From NCBI GenBank assembly GCA_042216015.1, contig JBDGUI010000007.1:1652-65651 (forward strand): a stretch of 64,000 nucleotides of DNA, read 5' to 3'. The stretch is from Halodesulfurarchaeum sp. Its GTDB lineage: Archaea; Halobacteriota; Halobacteria; Halobacteriales; Halobacteriaceae. Positions 38,225-47,555 of this stretch are shown piece after piece. The notes below the pieces were generated by a model. The model did no database searches. It saw only the letters and a list, made by a program, of their open reading frames with translations, and was not told where the DNA came from. The position numbers and the translations under genes are program-made. Each line of letters starts with the position of its first letter. The first letter of the stretch is position 1.

Positions 38225-38473
38225 ATGGGAGCTTCGGCGGCCGAACTGAACCAGGACGGACTGACGCCGAAACAGCGTCGCATTCTCAGCTATCTTCGCG
38301 AGCGGGTTCCAGCGGAGACGTACTTCAAGTCCCGTCTCATCGGCGAGGAACTGGACCTCTCGGCAAAGGAGGTCGGCTCGAACATGCGCGCCATCGCCGG
38401 GGCCGAACACGGACTCGAGATCGAACGCTGGGGCTATTCCTCCTCGACGACGTGGCAGGTCACCACCGCCTGA
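38225..38473 (+). CDS. Small winged-helix protein
   Basis: LTPKQRRILSYL...YFKSRLIGEELDLSAKEVG...TTWQV. Confidence 0.8.
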   Translation: MGASAAELNQDGLTPKQRRILSYLRERVPAETYFKSRLIGEELDLSAKEVGSNMRAIAGAEHGLEIERWGYSSSTTWQVTTA

Positions 38474-38477
38474 GTTG

Positions 38478-39080
38478 TCACGGATCGTAGCTGAAGAGCG
38501 TCTCCGCCCGGGTCGCAAACGATCGTGTCTCCCTGTCGAAGGACGTGGCATACCGGAGCAGAAGGGAGATGACCGTCTCCGGATTGTTCACGCGATAGCC
38601 GTTCTGTCGTTCGAGGAGCCCCTCTTCGGCCATCTCAGCCGCGTATGTGCTGATCGTTGCTGGCGAGACACCGATCGTTTCGGCGAGGGCCGCCCCGGTG
38701 AGCGTCGGGTCCTCGAGGAGCGCGAGGAGCATGGCTCGTGGGGTCTCCCGTCTGAGATATCCGAGGGCCCGCTTTTCGAACCGGGAGAACCCTCCAGCCG
38801 GGACGTAGCGCTTGTAGTCCCCATCCCGCCACATCTCGAGGTCGCCCTCTGACGTGAGCCGTCGCAGGTGATACTGCGTCTCACCCGTCGCGAGCCTGAG
38901 ATCGTCTCTGATCTTCGAGAAGTGGGCACCGGGCGTGGTCTCGACGTATCCCACAATGGCCTCGCGGGCGTCGCTATCGCTCTCGGCACTTTCGCCCTCG
39001 GCGAGCCCCAACAAGGGACTTCCCGCTCCGATGGCGGCGAATTTCCGAAGCGTCGTCCGTTTCTCCTCGTCGATTGTCAC
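38478..39080 (-). CDS. Double winged-helix transcriptional regulator
   Basis: PGAHFSKIRDDLRLATGETQYHLRRL and LTGAALAETIGVSPATISTY HTHs. Confidence 0.85.
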   Translation of the reverse strand: MTIDEEKRTTLRKFAAIGAGSPLLGLAEGESAESDSDAREAIVGYVETTPGAHFSKIRDDLRLATGETQYHLRRLTSEGDLEMWRDGDYKRYVPAGGFSRFEKRALGYLRRETPRAMLLALLEDPTLTGAALAETIGVSPATISTYAAEMAEEGLLERQNGYRVNNPETVISLLLRYATSFDRETRSFATRAETLFSYDP

Positions 39081-39087
39081 GGTCTCC

Positions 39088-40191
39088 TCAGTTGGTCTCC
39101 TCCTCGAGTTCGGCGTCCATTTCCTCGATGACTTCCTCGGCCGGCTTGATCGAGCCGGTTCCCTGACTGAGATCTCCCTCCTCCACGTTCATGGGTGCAC
39201 CGATCTCGTCCAGGATCTCCTCGATGTTGTCGAGCCCGAGCAGTTCTCGGGTCTCCTCGTCGAATTCGAGGCTGTCGAGCCCCTCGGTGGGCTCGGACAC
39301 GTCGCTGTCGGTCAGCTGCTTGCCATACCGCCCCAGCAGTGAGGTGAGTTCCTGTGGGAGGACGAAGGTGGTGCTATCTGCCTCGCCGATGACCTCGAGG
39401 GCCTCGAGCCCCCGCTCGATCACGGCCCGCTCGCCCATGGACTCCGCAGAGCGAGCCCGCAGGACCGTGGAAACCGCATCCCCCTGGGCCTCGAGGATCT
39501 GTGACTGCTTTTCTCCCTGCGCACGGATGATGTTCGAGCGCTTCTCCCCCTCGGCGCGCTCGATTGCGGACTGACGCTCCCCCTGGGCCTCGAGGATCAT
39601 GGCCCGGCGCTTGCGCTCCGCGGAGGTCTGCTGCTCCATCGCCTGCTGGACGTCCTTCGAGGGGTTGACCTCCCGGACCTCGACGGACTCGACCCGGATG
39701 CCCCACTCGTCCGTGGGTTCGTCGAGTTCCTTCCGGATGCGGGCGTTGATCTCCTGGCGCTTGTTGAGCGTATCGTCGAGTTCCATGTCGCCGATGACGG
39801 CCCGGAGCGTGGTCTGGGCGAGGTTCGAGACCGCCCGCTTGTAGTCGTCCACCTCGAGGAAGGCCCGCTTCGCGTTCATCACGCGGATGTAGACGACGGC
39901 GTCGGCAGTCACCGGCGAGTTGTCCCGGGTGATGGCCTCCTGACGCGGGACGTCGATCGTCTGGGTCCGCATATCGAAGATGTACGTGCGGGAGACGAAC
40001 GGGGGGATGAAGTTGATCCCCGGCTCGAGCAGTCCCCTGAACTCCCCGAAAACGGTCAGGGCTTCCTTCTCGTACGCGTCCACGATCTCCACGGCCTGGT
40101 AGACGGCCACGACGAGGAGGATCAGCACCAGCAATCCGACCAGCGTCAGGGACGACACGTTCGGGACCGATTGCAGGGGGAGGAATGGCAT
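39088..40191 (-). CDS. SPFH (stomatin/prohibitin, QmcA-like) protein
   Basis: N-terminal TM, QEAITRDN, AQTTLRAVIG, WGIRV, AER/AQGE coiled coil. Confidence 0.93.
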   Translation of the reverse strand: MPFLPLQSVPNVSSLTLVGLLVLILLVVAVYQAVEIVDAYEKEALTVFGEFRGLLEPGINFIPPFVSRTYIFDMRTQTIDVPRQEAITRDNSPVTADAVVYIRVMNAKRAFLEVDDYKRAVSNLAQTTLRAVIGDMELDDTLNKRQEINARIRKELDEPTDEWGIRVESVEVREVNPSKDVQQAMEQQTSAERKRRAMILEAQGERQSAIERAEGEKRSNIIRAQGEKQSQILEAQGDAVSTVLRARSAESMGERAVIERGLEALEVIGEADSTTFVLPQELTSLLGRYGKQLTDSDVSEPTEGLDSLEFDEETRELLGLDNIEEILDEIGAPMNVEEGDLSQGTGSIKPAEEVIEEMDAELEEETN

Positions 40192-40268
40192 ACGATGACT
40201 AGGCGCCGATCACTGATAAAGGTCCGCCAGCCGGTCACACTCGCCCCGCTTTGGTGGGTCGCAAGCCG

Positions 40269-40862
40269 CTATTCCCTCCTTTCGGGGGCTGACTCGGGTT
40301 CGGCTCGTCCCTCGTGAGCGGACTCGTGCTCGACTCGCCCCTCTTCGTCGGCGGCCCGCTCGAGCTCCCGTTCGAGTTCCCGGTCGATCTCGTCTGCCTC
40401 GCCGATCGCCTCGACCCTCAGGACGTTCCCCCCGCCCGGATCGACCACGATTACCGGGGTCCCTTCGGGGATCTCGCCCTCGACGCTCCGGGCGGCATAG
40501 GTGGGATCGAAGCCCCCCGATTCGATCTTCACCCGTCCCGATCGGGGAGTGACCCGCTCGAGGACGTAGCCCTGTTGGCCGACGAGTTCGGCGGACCCCT
40601 CCGTCTTTCCCCGGTCCGTTCCGGCGTAGAACTCGAAGTGCCGGTAGAGGTATAACGACCCCGCACCTGCGAGCAGAACGGTGAGTCCCAGCACGAGCGG
40701 CGTCGCCAGGGCGGGAACGAGCACGCCGAGCACCCCGGCTGCCAGCAGGGCCACCCCGAGAACGATGAAGTGGGCCCCGGGCGCAAAGCCCTCCAGAACG
40801 GTAAGGAGAAGTCCGGACACGAGGAGGAGTGTGCTCAGCGACTGGCCGAGGAGCGATACCAT
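40269..40862 (-). CDS. NfeD family protein
   Basis: TM helices plus OB-fold tail (LVGQQGYV...GRVKI...GTPVIVV); upstream of SPFH. Confidence 0.87.
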   Translation of the reverse strand: MVSLLGQSLSTLLLVSGLLLTVLEGFAPGAHFIVLGVALLAAGVLGVLVPALATPLVLGLTVLLAGAGSLYLYRHFEFYAGTDRGKTEGSAELVGQQGYVLERVTPRSGRVKIESGGFDPTYAARSVEGEIPEGTPVIVVDPGGGNVLRVEAIGEADEIDRELERELERAADEEGRVEHESAHEGRAEPESAPERRE

Positions 40863-40943
40863 GGCACACCATTCGGGCCCGGCGGGGAAAACCGTTACCC
40901 GGAACGCGTGGATTGCCGGATCTCCCGATCGAATGGGGCCCGT

Positions 40944-41096
40944 TCAGAGACTGATGAGTAGCAGCGCGATCGCGAGTCCGACGCCGAACAGGAAGGGGAG
41001 GACGTTCTCGAGCCGGGGGGTCCCCGGTTCGATTTTCGGCTCCTCGGGGTCTGCCTCGGGACCGACCTCGTCGAGGTCGAATTTCCAGTCGCTCAT
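40944..41096 (-). CDS. Small (50 aa) membrane protein, absent from ORF track
   Basis: MSDWKFDLDEVGPEADPEEPKIEPGTPRLENVLPFLFGVGLAIALLLISL*; ATG overlaps the pyk stop. Confidence 0.78.
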   Translation of the reverse strand: MSDWKFDLDEVGPEADPEEPKIEPGTPRLENVLPFLFGVGLAIALLLISL

Positions 41097-42862
41097 CGCT
41101 CGGTCCTCCGGCGGGAAAGCGCGGATTTCGTCACGTCACCCTCGTAGACGACCCCGCGCTCGCCGTCGATCGTCACTGTCCGACCCGGCGTGAGGTCTTC
41201 GACGTCGGCCCCGCTGACCATCGGAATCTCGAGTTCGCGGGCCACCATGGCGGCATAACTCGTCATTCCCGACCGGGCGCTGACGAGGCCACCCAGGTTT
41301 TCCACACCGTCGGTCAACTCCTCCTCGAAGTCCGACCGGATGACGGCGATGCTCCCCGGGTCGATGGTCGTCAGGTCGGTCGCGGCAAGTTCGACGATCG
41401 GTCCGGAGACCCGGCCATCGACCACCCCGCGACCGACTGCCAGCGTCTCCGCGGCGACGTGGACTTTGAGCGTGTTGGTCGTGTCCTCGCCCTCGAGTTC
41501 GGTCATCATCCCGGTGAGAACCACGACGGTATCGCCCGGGTCGATCACGCCCGAGTCGAGGGCCGCCCGCACCGAGTCCTGAATGACCGTGGTCGCCGTT
41601 CCCGTCTGCACGTCCGCGTACTGCGCGTTGACCCCCCAGACCAGGCCAAGTTGCCGACGCACGTGGTCACTCGGCGTGGTCGCGACCACCGGGACGCTCG
41701 GGCGGAACTTGGCCACTCGCCGGGCCGTGTAGCCGGATTCGCTGGCGACCACGACGGCGCTTGCATCGACGTCCCTGGCCAGGTACCGGGCCGAGCGGGC
41801 GAGTGCGTCGGTCCGGCTCTCCCCGGAGGCCTCGGGCACCCGCTGCTCGACGATGTCCGCGTACTCCTGGGAGGCCTCGATCTCCCGGACGATCCGGTCC
41901 ATCGTCTCGACGACCCGCGTGGGGTCTGCCCCGATCGCGGTCTCCGCGGAGAGCATCAGGGCGTCGGTGCCGTCGAGGACCGCGTTCGCCACGTCGGAGG
42001 CCTCCGCGCGGGTCGGCCGCGCCTGGTCGACCATCGAATCGAGCATCTCGGTCGCGGTGATCACCGGCACCCCGGCCACCTGGCTCTTCGTGATTATCCG
42101 CTTCTGGATGAGCGGGACGTCCTCCATCGGGAGTTCCACGCCGAGGTCGCCCCGCGCTACCATGATCCCCTGGGCCGCCCCGATGATCTCGTCGAGATGC
42201 GATACGGCGTCGGCGCGTTCGATCTTGGCGATCACGGGAATCTCGCCGTCGAGGGCCTCGATGGCCCGCCCCACCTCGAGCACGTCCGCCGCGTCCCGGA
42301 CAAAACTGGCGGCGACGAAGTCGGCGCCGGATTCGACCGCGAGTTCGAGATCAGCCCGGTCCTTCTCGGTGACGACGTCGACGTCGAGTTCGACGCCCGG
42401 CACGTTCACCCCCTTTCGGCTTTCGAGTCTCCCGCCGCTCACCACGGTCGCGTGCACGAGGTCGTCCTCCACCGACTCCACCCTCGTCTCGATTCGGCCG
42501 TCGTCGAGCAACACCCGATCGCCGGGTTCGACCGGGGAGATATCCGCCGTGAGCCCGATTCGATCGGGGGTGACCTGGGTGGACTCGACGAACGTGACGG
42601 TCGATCCGGTGGCGAGTTCGACCGGCTCGTCGGTCTCGCCAGTTCGGATCTCCGGCCCCTGGAGGTCGACCATGACGGCCACGGGCTTCTCGGTCTCGGC
42701 GTCGACCGCGGTTGCATGCTCGATGAGTTCGGCCCGATCGGCACGGGTCCCGTGGCTGGAATTGATCCGGGCCACGGTCATCCCGGCGTCCGCGAGGGCG
42801 CGTATCGCGTCCCGATCCTCGGTGGCCGGGCCGAGGGTGCAGACGATCTTCGCGTTTCGCAT
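41093..42862 (-). CDS. pyk: Pyruvate kinase with C-terminal PEP-utiliser swivel domain
   Basis: MRNAKIVCTLGP, DLQGPEIR, IAKIE, MVARGDLG, TRAEASDVANA. Confidence 0.96.
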   Translation of the reverse strand: MRNAKIVCTLGPATEDRDAIRALADAGMTVARINSSHGTRADRAELIEHATAVDAETEKPVAVMVDLQGPEIRTGETDEPVELATGSTVTFVESTQVTPDRIGLTADISPVEPGDRVLLDDGRIETRVESVEDDLVHATVVSGGRLESRKGVNVPGVELDVDVVTEKDRADLELAVESGADFVAASFVRDAADVLEVGRAIEALDGEIPVIAKIERADAVSHLDEIIGAAQGIMVARGDLGVELPMEDVPLIQKRIITKSQVAGVPVITATEMLDSMVDQARPTRAEASDVANAVLDGTDALMLSAETAIGADPTRVVETMDRIVREIEASQEYADIVEQRVPEASGESRTDALARSARYLARDVDASAVVVASESGYTARRVAKFRPSVPVVATTPSDHVRRQLGLVWGVNAQYADVQTGTATTVIQDSVRAALDSGVIDPGDTVVVLTGMMTELEGEDTTNTLKVHVAAETLAVGRGVVDGRVSGPIVELAATDLTTIDPGSIAVIRSDFEEELTDGVENLGGLVSARSGMTSYAAMVARELEIPMVSGADVEDLTPGRTVTIDGERGVVYEGDVTKSALSRRRTER

Positions 42863-42950
42863 TACCCTCCCTTCGGCCGCCCCTCGAATAAAGGTGTTAT
42901 CCGGCCGGTGGCAAAAACGGCCACCTTCGACACGAGCGAGGTGACTGGCC

Positions 42951-45035
42951 CTACTGGATTTTCGTGCCGGGTGGACTGTCGTCCTGCGTGGTGAGGAGGT
43001 CGGCCTTCTCGCCGGCGGCGAGCAACATTCCATTCGACTCGACGCCGAAGAGTTCGGCCCGCTCGAGGTTCGCGAGCAGCACGATCTTCGTCCCGGGAAG
43101 CTCCTCGATGTCGTGGAGCTGTCGGATGCCCGCGACGACCTGCCGGGTCTCCCGTCCGATGTCGACCTCGAGGCGGACGAGCCTGTCCGCGCCCTCGATC
43201 GGTTCGGCGGATTCGATCTCGCCGACGCGCATGTCGAGATCCTGGAACTCCTCGAAGCTGATGCGATCCTCACTGATGGGTTCGATGTCGGTCATGGGTG
43301 TGTCCTCGCTGTCGTCCGCGGTCGTTTCGCCGTCCCCCTCCATGCTGTCGGCGTCCTCGATCTTTTCCTCCAGTGCCTCCTGCCGGTTGCGAACTTGCTC
43401 GTCCTCGATCTTTTCGAATGGCTCCCGCGGCTCGCCGAACGTCGCAGGTGGCGTCTCCAGACAGGCGTCGAGGGTCGCCTCGCTGGCCGTGCCCGATTCG
43501 TTCAGGTCGGCCCAGATCCGCTCGGCGGTCTGCGGGGTGAACGGCTCGAGCGTGATCGCGATGGCTTTCACGAGCTGGACCGTATCCCGGATGACCTGAG
43601 CCGCCTCCTCGGGATCCTCCTCGGTTAGTTTCCAGGGCTCCTTGCGCTGGATGTACTCGTTCCCGTAGCGGGCCAATTCCAGGGGGACCGCTCCCGCATC
43701 CCGGACCGAGTACTCGTTGAGCGCTGCCTGGAAGTCCGCCATCGCGTCCTCGATTTCGGCCTCGACGCCCGAGGTCGGGACCACCTCCGGCGTGCCGTCG
43801 TAGTTTCGACTTGCGAAGAGCAACGCGCGGTAGACGAAGTTGCCCACGTCGTCGGCCAGTTCGGTATTGACCCGCTCCTGAAATGACTCCCAGGAGAAGT
43901 CGATGTCCCGCTCGAACGCACCCGAGGTGGCGATGTAATATCGCAGCAGGTCGGTCTCGAAGGGCGAGTCGAGATATTCCTCGGCCCACACCGCCCGGTT
44001 CCGACTGGTCGAGAAGCCCGCGCCGTCGAGATTGACGAAGCCGCTTGCCATCACCGCTCTGGGCTCGTTGAATCCGCTCCCTTCGAGCATCGCCGGCCAG
44101 AAGACGGTGTGGTGCTGGATGATGTCCCGGCCGATCACGTGGACGATCTCGCCCTCCCCATCGCGCCAGACCTCCTCCCAGTCGTATATGTCCCGCCCCA
44201 CGTTTTCGGTGTACTGTTTCGTGGAGGCGATGTACTCGATAGGGGCATCGACCCAGACGTAGAGCACCAGGTCGGTCTCCTCGCCGTCCCGGTCGGGGTA
44301 GTCGATCCCCCAGTCCAGATCGCGGGTGATACACCAGTCCTGCAACTCGCCCTCGATCCACTCTCTGGGCTGGTTACGGGCGTTCTTCGTTCCCTCGAGG
44401 CGGTCGATGAATTCGGCGAGGTAGTCCTGAAAGGCCGAGACCTCGAAGAACTTGTGCGTCCGCGTCCGGTATTCGGCCGGGTTCCCCGTGAGAATGCTCG
44501 TCGGATTTTCGATCTCGCCGGGCTCGAGGTGCCGCCCACAGCCCTCATCGCACTCGTCACCACGGGCCTGCTCGCCGCAGTACGGACAGGTCCCCTCCAC
44601 GTAGCGGTCCGGGAGGGGCTGATCCTCGATCGGGTCCCAGGCGACCTCGATCTCCTTCTCGTAGACGTGGCCAGCCTCGTCGAGGGTCTCGACGATCTCG
44701 GTGGTCAACTCGACGTTCGCGTCCTGGTGGGTGTGTCCGTAGTGGTCGAAGTCGACGTCGAACTGCGGGAAGGTCTCCTCGTAGGTTTCGTGCCAGTCGA
44801 GGGCGAATTCCTCGGGGGAGACCCCCGCCTCGGCGGCGTTGACCGCGATTGGGGTTCCGTGCATGTCCGACCCCGACACGAAGGCGGTCTCCTGACCGAT
44901 CGTCCGGAGTGCGCGAGTCAGGACGTCGCCGCTCACGTACGTGCGCAGGTGGCCGATGTGGAGGTCCCCGTTGGCATAGGGAAGCCCACAGGTCACCACC
45001 GCCGGGTTGTCCGTGGGGAACGGCTCGTGGCTCAT
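42951..45035 (-). CDS. metG: Methionine--tRNA ligase
   Basis: LPYANGDLHIGH, zinc knuckle, YVWVDAP, C-terminal tRNA-binding domain. Confidence 0.97.
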   Translation of the reverse strand: MSHEPFPTDNPAVVTCGLPYANGDLHIGHLRTYVSGDVLTRALRTIGQETAFVSGSDMHGTPIAVNAAEAGVSPEEFALDWHETYEETFPQFDVDFDHYGHTHQDANVELTTEIVETLDEAGHVYEKEIEVAWDPIEDQPLPDRYVEGTCPYCGEQARGDECDEGCGRHLEPGEIENPTSILTGNPAEYRTRTHKFFEVSAFQDYLAEFIDRLEGTKNARNQPREWIEGELQDWCITRDLDWGIDYPDRDGEETDLVLYVWVDAPIEYIASTKQYTENVGRDIYDWEEVWRDGEGEIVHVIGRDIIQHHTVFWPAMLEGSGFNEPRAVMASGFVNLDGAGFSTSRNRAVWAEEYLDSPFETDLLRYYIATSGAFERDIDFSWESFQERVNTELADDVGNFVYRALLFASRNYDGTPEVVPTSGVEAEIEDAMADFQAALNEYSVRDAGAVPLELARYGNEYIQRKEPWKLTEEDPEEAAQVIRDTVQLVKAIAITLEPFTPQTAERIWADLNESGTASEATLDACLETPPATFGEPREPFEKIEDEQVRNRQEALEEKIEDADSMEGDGETTADDSEDTPMTDIEPISEDRISFEEFQDLDMRVGEIESAEPIEGADRLVRLEVDIGRETRQVVAGIRQLHDIEELPGTKIVLLANLERAELFGVESNGMLLAAGEKADLLTTQDDSPPGTKIQ

Positions 45036-45096
45036 GGGTATGGATGCCGGCCCGGCAGGTTAAAGCTCCCCGTTTTGCAGCCAGGGACGAAGCGTG

Positions 45097-46170
45097 TCAC
45101 TTCTCCCGCTCCAGGCGGTCGAGGTCAGCGAGAAACGATTCGAGCATCGACCGGGTCACGTGGGGCATGATGACCAGCCGAATCGCGGCACTTCGGGTCC
45201 GGGCGATTTTCCAGCCCGCCTCCCGGAGGGCCTCGAACTGCCCGTCCGCCGGGTGCCACGAAACCAGCGGGAGCGTCGGTGGCGTGACGTTGTAGCCGCG
45301 GGATTCGAGTTCCGACGCGATCCAATCCGCCAGGTCCATCGTTCGCTCGAAGGCGGCTCGGTAGCCGGCTGGCCAGAGCGCCTCGATCGCCGCGGCTGCA
45401 CTTGCGACGCCGGCCCCACTCCGGGTGCCCCCGAGTGAAACCTGCTTCTCGGAGGCGAGATAGGGTGTTTTCACCTCGAGGGCCTCGAGCGTGGCCTCCT
45501 CGCGGGCGAGGAACCCACCCGCGGGGACCGCTGCCCGACCGGTCTTGTGGGGGTCGATGGTCATGGAGTCGATTCCGGCGTGTCCGAAGTGCCACTCGCG
45601 GTCCGTGAACGGGAGCAGAAACCCGCCGAAGGCCGCGTCGACGTGGCAATGGGCGTCGACGGAATCGGCCAGTGCGGCCAGTTCCGGGATCGGATCGACA
45701 CGGCCGTACTCGGTCGAACCGGCGACACAGAACACGAGCGCAGTTCGCTCGTCTGCGGCCTCGGCCATCGCGTCCGGGTCGGCCCGGTGGGTCGAATCGG
45801 TTTCAACGAATCGAACCTCGACGTCGAGCAGTTCGGCGGCCTTCCGGAGCGAGAAGTGGGCGCTGTCCGGGGCGATCACGTTCGGGTCATCGTGTTTCGA
45901 GCGGTTCCTGGCCGTCCGCACCGCCTGGAGGTTGGCCTCCGTTCCGCCGGCCGTAACATATCCCGATGGGTCTTCGAGTCCGACGATTTCCCCGAGCATC
46001 GTGACGACCGTGGCCTCGAGGTCGGCAGCCGTCTCGAAGGTGGCCGGATCGCCGGGGTTGGTCCCAAGGAACTTCCGAGCGGCCCGCTCGGCCACCGGTG
46101 CCGGCCGCGTGCACATCGAGGAGAGCACCCGATCGAAGGACTGGGGGTCCGAAGACGGGAATCCGGGCAT
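45097..46170 (-). CDS. mfnA: PLP-dependent tyrosine/aspartate decarboxylase (MfnA)
   Basis: LSSMCT, TNPGDP, GGTEAN, HVDAAFGG, IDPHK. Confidence 0.88.
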   Translation of the reverse strand: MPGFPSSDPQSFDRVLSSMCTRPAPVAERAARKFLGTNPGDPATFETAADLEATVVTMLGEIVGLEDPSGYVTAGGTEANLQAVRTARNRSKHDDPNVIAPDSAHFSLRKAAELLDVEVRFVETDSTHRADPDAMAEAADERTALVFCVAGSTEYGRVDPIPELAALADSVDAHCHVDAAFGGFLLPFTDREWHFGHAGIDSMTIDPHKTGRAAVPAGGFLAREEATLEALEVKTPYLASEKQVSLGGTRSGAGVASAAAAIEALWPAGYRAAFERTMDLADWIASELESRGYNVTPPTLPLVSWHPADGQFEALREAGWKIARTRSAAIRLVIMPHVTRSMLESFLADLDRLEREK

Positions 46171-46240
46171 ATTCAGGATGAGTCGAACCAGCCGCTTATC
46201 GATTGCGCTCCCCCGCTCCGGCATTCCCCCGGCGAACAGG

Positions 46241-47479
46241 TCACCCCTCGGTGAGCTCTCGAATTCGTTCGGGAACGGGCGGATGCCGGTAGTGAAACGT
46301 CTCGTAGAGCGGGTGGGGAAATGGGTTCCCGAGGTTTTCCCGCTGGAGTGTGGCCAGTGCCTGGGCGAGCGGTTCACCCCCGCCGACGACCTCCATCGCG
46401 AAGTCGTCTGCTTCGCGCTCGTTCTTGAGCCAGCGCCGGTTCGACAGCGGCTGGGTGAACTGGGCGATCGGCTCCAGCCAGAGGGTCGCGAGCAGGAGTC
46501 CGGCCGCCGGAACTGCCGGGACGTCGAACATCGCGTAGAGCCACGTCGTTTCCATGAGGAATTGTGCGAGAAACAGGAGGACGCCGGCCTGCAGGACGCT
46601 CACGGCCATTCCCTCCCAGATGTGCCCCTTCTTCCAGTGGGCGAGTTCGTGGGCGAGAACGCTCTGGAGTTCCTCGGTATCCAGTTGGTCGATCAGCGTG
46701 TCGTAGAGGACGACCCGTTTGGCCGCTCCGAAGCCGGTGAAGAAGGCATTCGAGTGACCGGACCTGGTGCTGGCGTCCATCTCGTAGACGTCTTCGCAGG
46801 TGAACCCGGCTCGCTCGAATACCGTCTCGACCGCCTCCCGAAGCTCCCCCTCCTCGACCGGATCGAAGTCGTAGAACAGGGGCATGATCACCCGCGGAAC
46901 CAGCACCTGGCTCGCCAGACTGAAGACGGCGACGACGCCCGTCGCTGCGAGCCACCACCACTCCGGGAACTGCTGGACGACGACCAGGATCGCCCCGCCC
47001 AGCAGTCCGACCAGCACGACCGCCACGGCCGTGCTCACCAGCGCATCACGGACGAACAGCCCCGGAGATTGTTCGTTGAATCCGAACGCCTCCTCCACTG
47101 CGAAGGTTTCGAAGGCGTCGAAGGGGAGCTGAATCACCTGCATGAGGATCGTGGCACTGACGAACAGTGCAACTCCGGCCAGTAGCTGGTTTCCGATCGC
47201 TGCGTCGAGGCCGGTCACCAGATCGCCGAAGAGTCCCGAATACAGGACGAGTAACACCAGTCCGAGCAGGACGACCTGCTGCAACTGCGCGGACGCCGTC
47301 GTCAACCGGTGGTATTCGAGGAGGCGGTCGGGATCCTCGATCCCGAGGGTGTCTACCAGCCAGTCGGCACGGTCGCGGACGGCTCGCTCTGCGTAGCTGA
47401 CGTTCTTCCCCGCGAGCCACAGGAAGAAGGCCGTCGAGCCCACGACCAGGAGCAGGAAAGCGGTGTGAAACGGGAGCAT
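46241..47479 (-). CDS. M48 family (Ste24p-like) metalloprotease
   Basis: SNAFFTGFG, KRVVLYDTL, LAHELAHWK, EREAD, HPPVPERI. Confidence 0.92.
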   Translation of the reverse strand: MLPFHTAFLLLVVGSTAFFLWLAGKNVSYAERAVRDRADWLVDTLGIEDPDRLLEYHRLTTASAQLQQVVLLGLVLLVLYSGLFGDLVTGLDAAIGNQLLAGVALFVSATILMQVIQLPFDAFETFAVEEAFGFNEQSPGLFVRDALVSTAVAVVLVGLLGGAILVVVQQFPEWWWLAATGVVAVFSLASQVLVPRVIMPLFYDFDPVEEGELREAVETVFERAGFTCEDVYEMDASTRSGHSNAFFTGFGAAKRVVLYDTLIDQLDTEELQSVLAHELAHWKKGHIWEGMAVSVLQAGVLLFLAQFLMETTWLYAMFDVPAVPAAGLLLATLWLEPIAQFTQPLSNRRWLKNEREADDFAMEVVGGGEPLAQALATLQRENLGNPFPHPLYETFHYRHPPVPERIRELTEG

Positions 47480-47555
47480 ATGGCTCTGGTAGCACACATC
47501 CCCGAAAACGTCTGTCGTTCCCCGGCGGTCGAGTGCTGTCGGATGCTGGGCAGCG

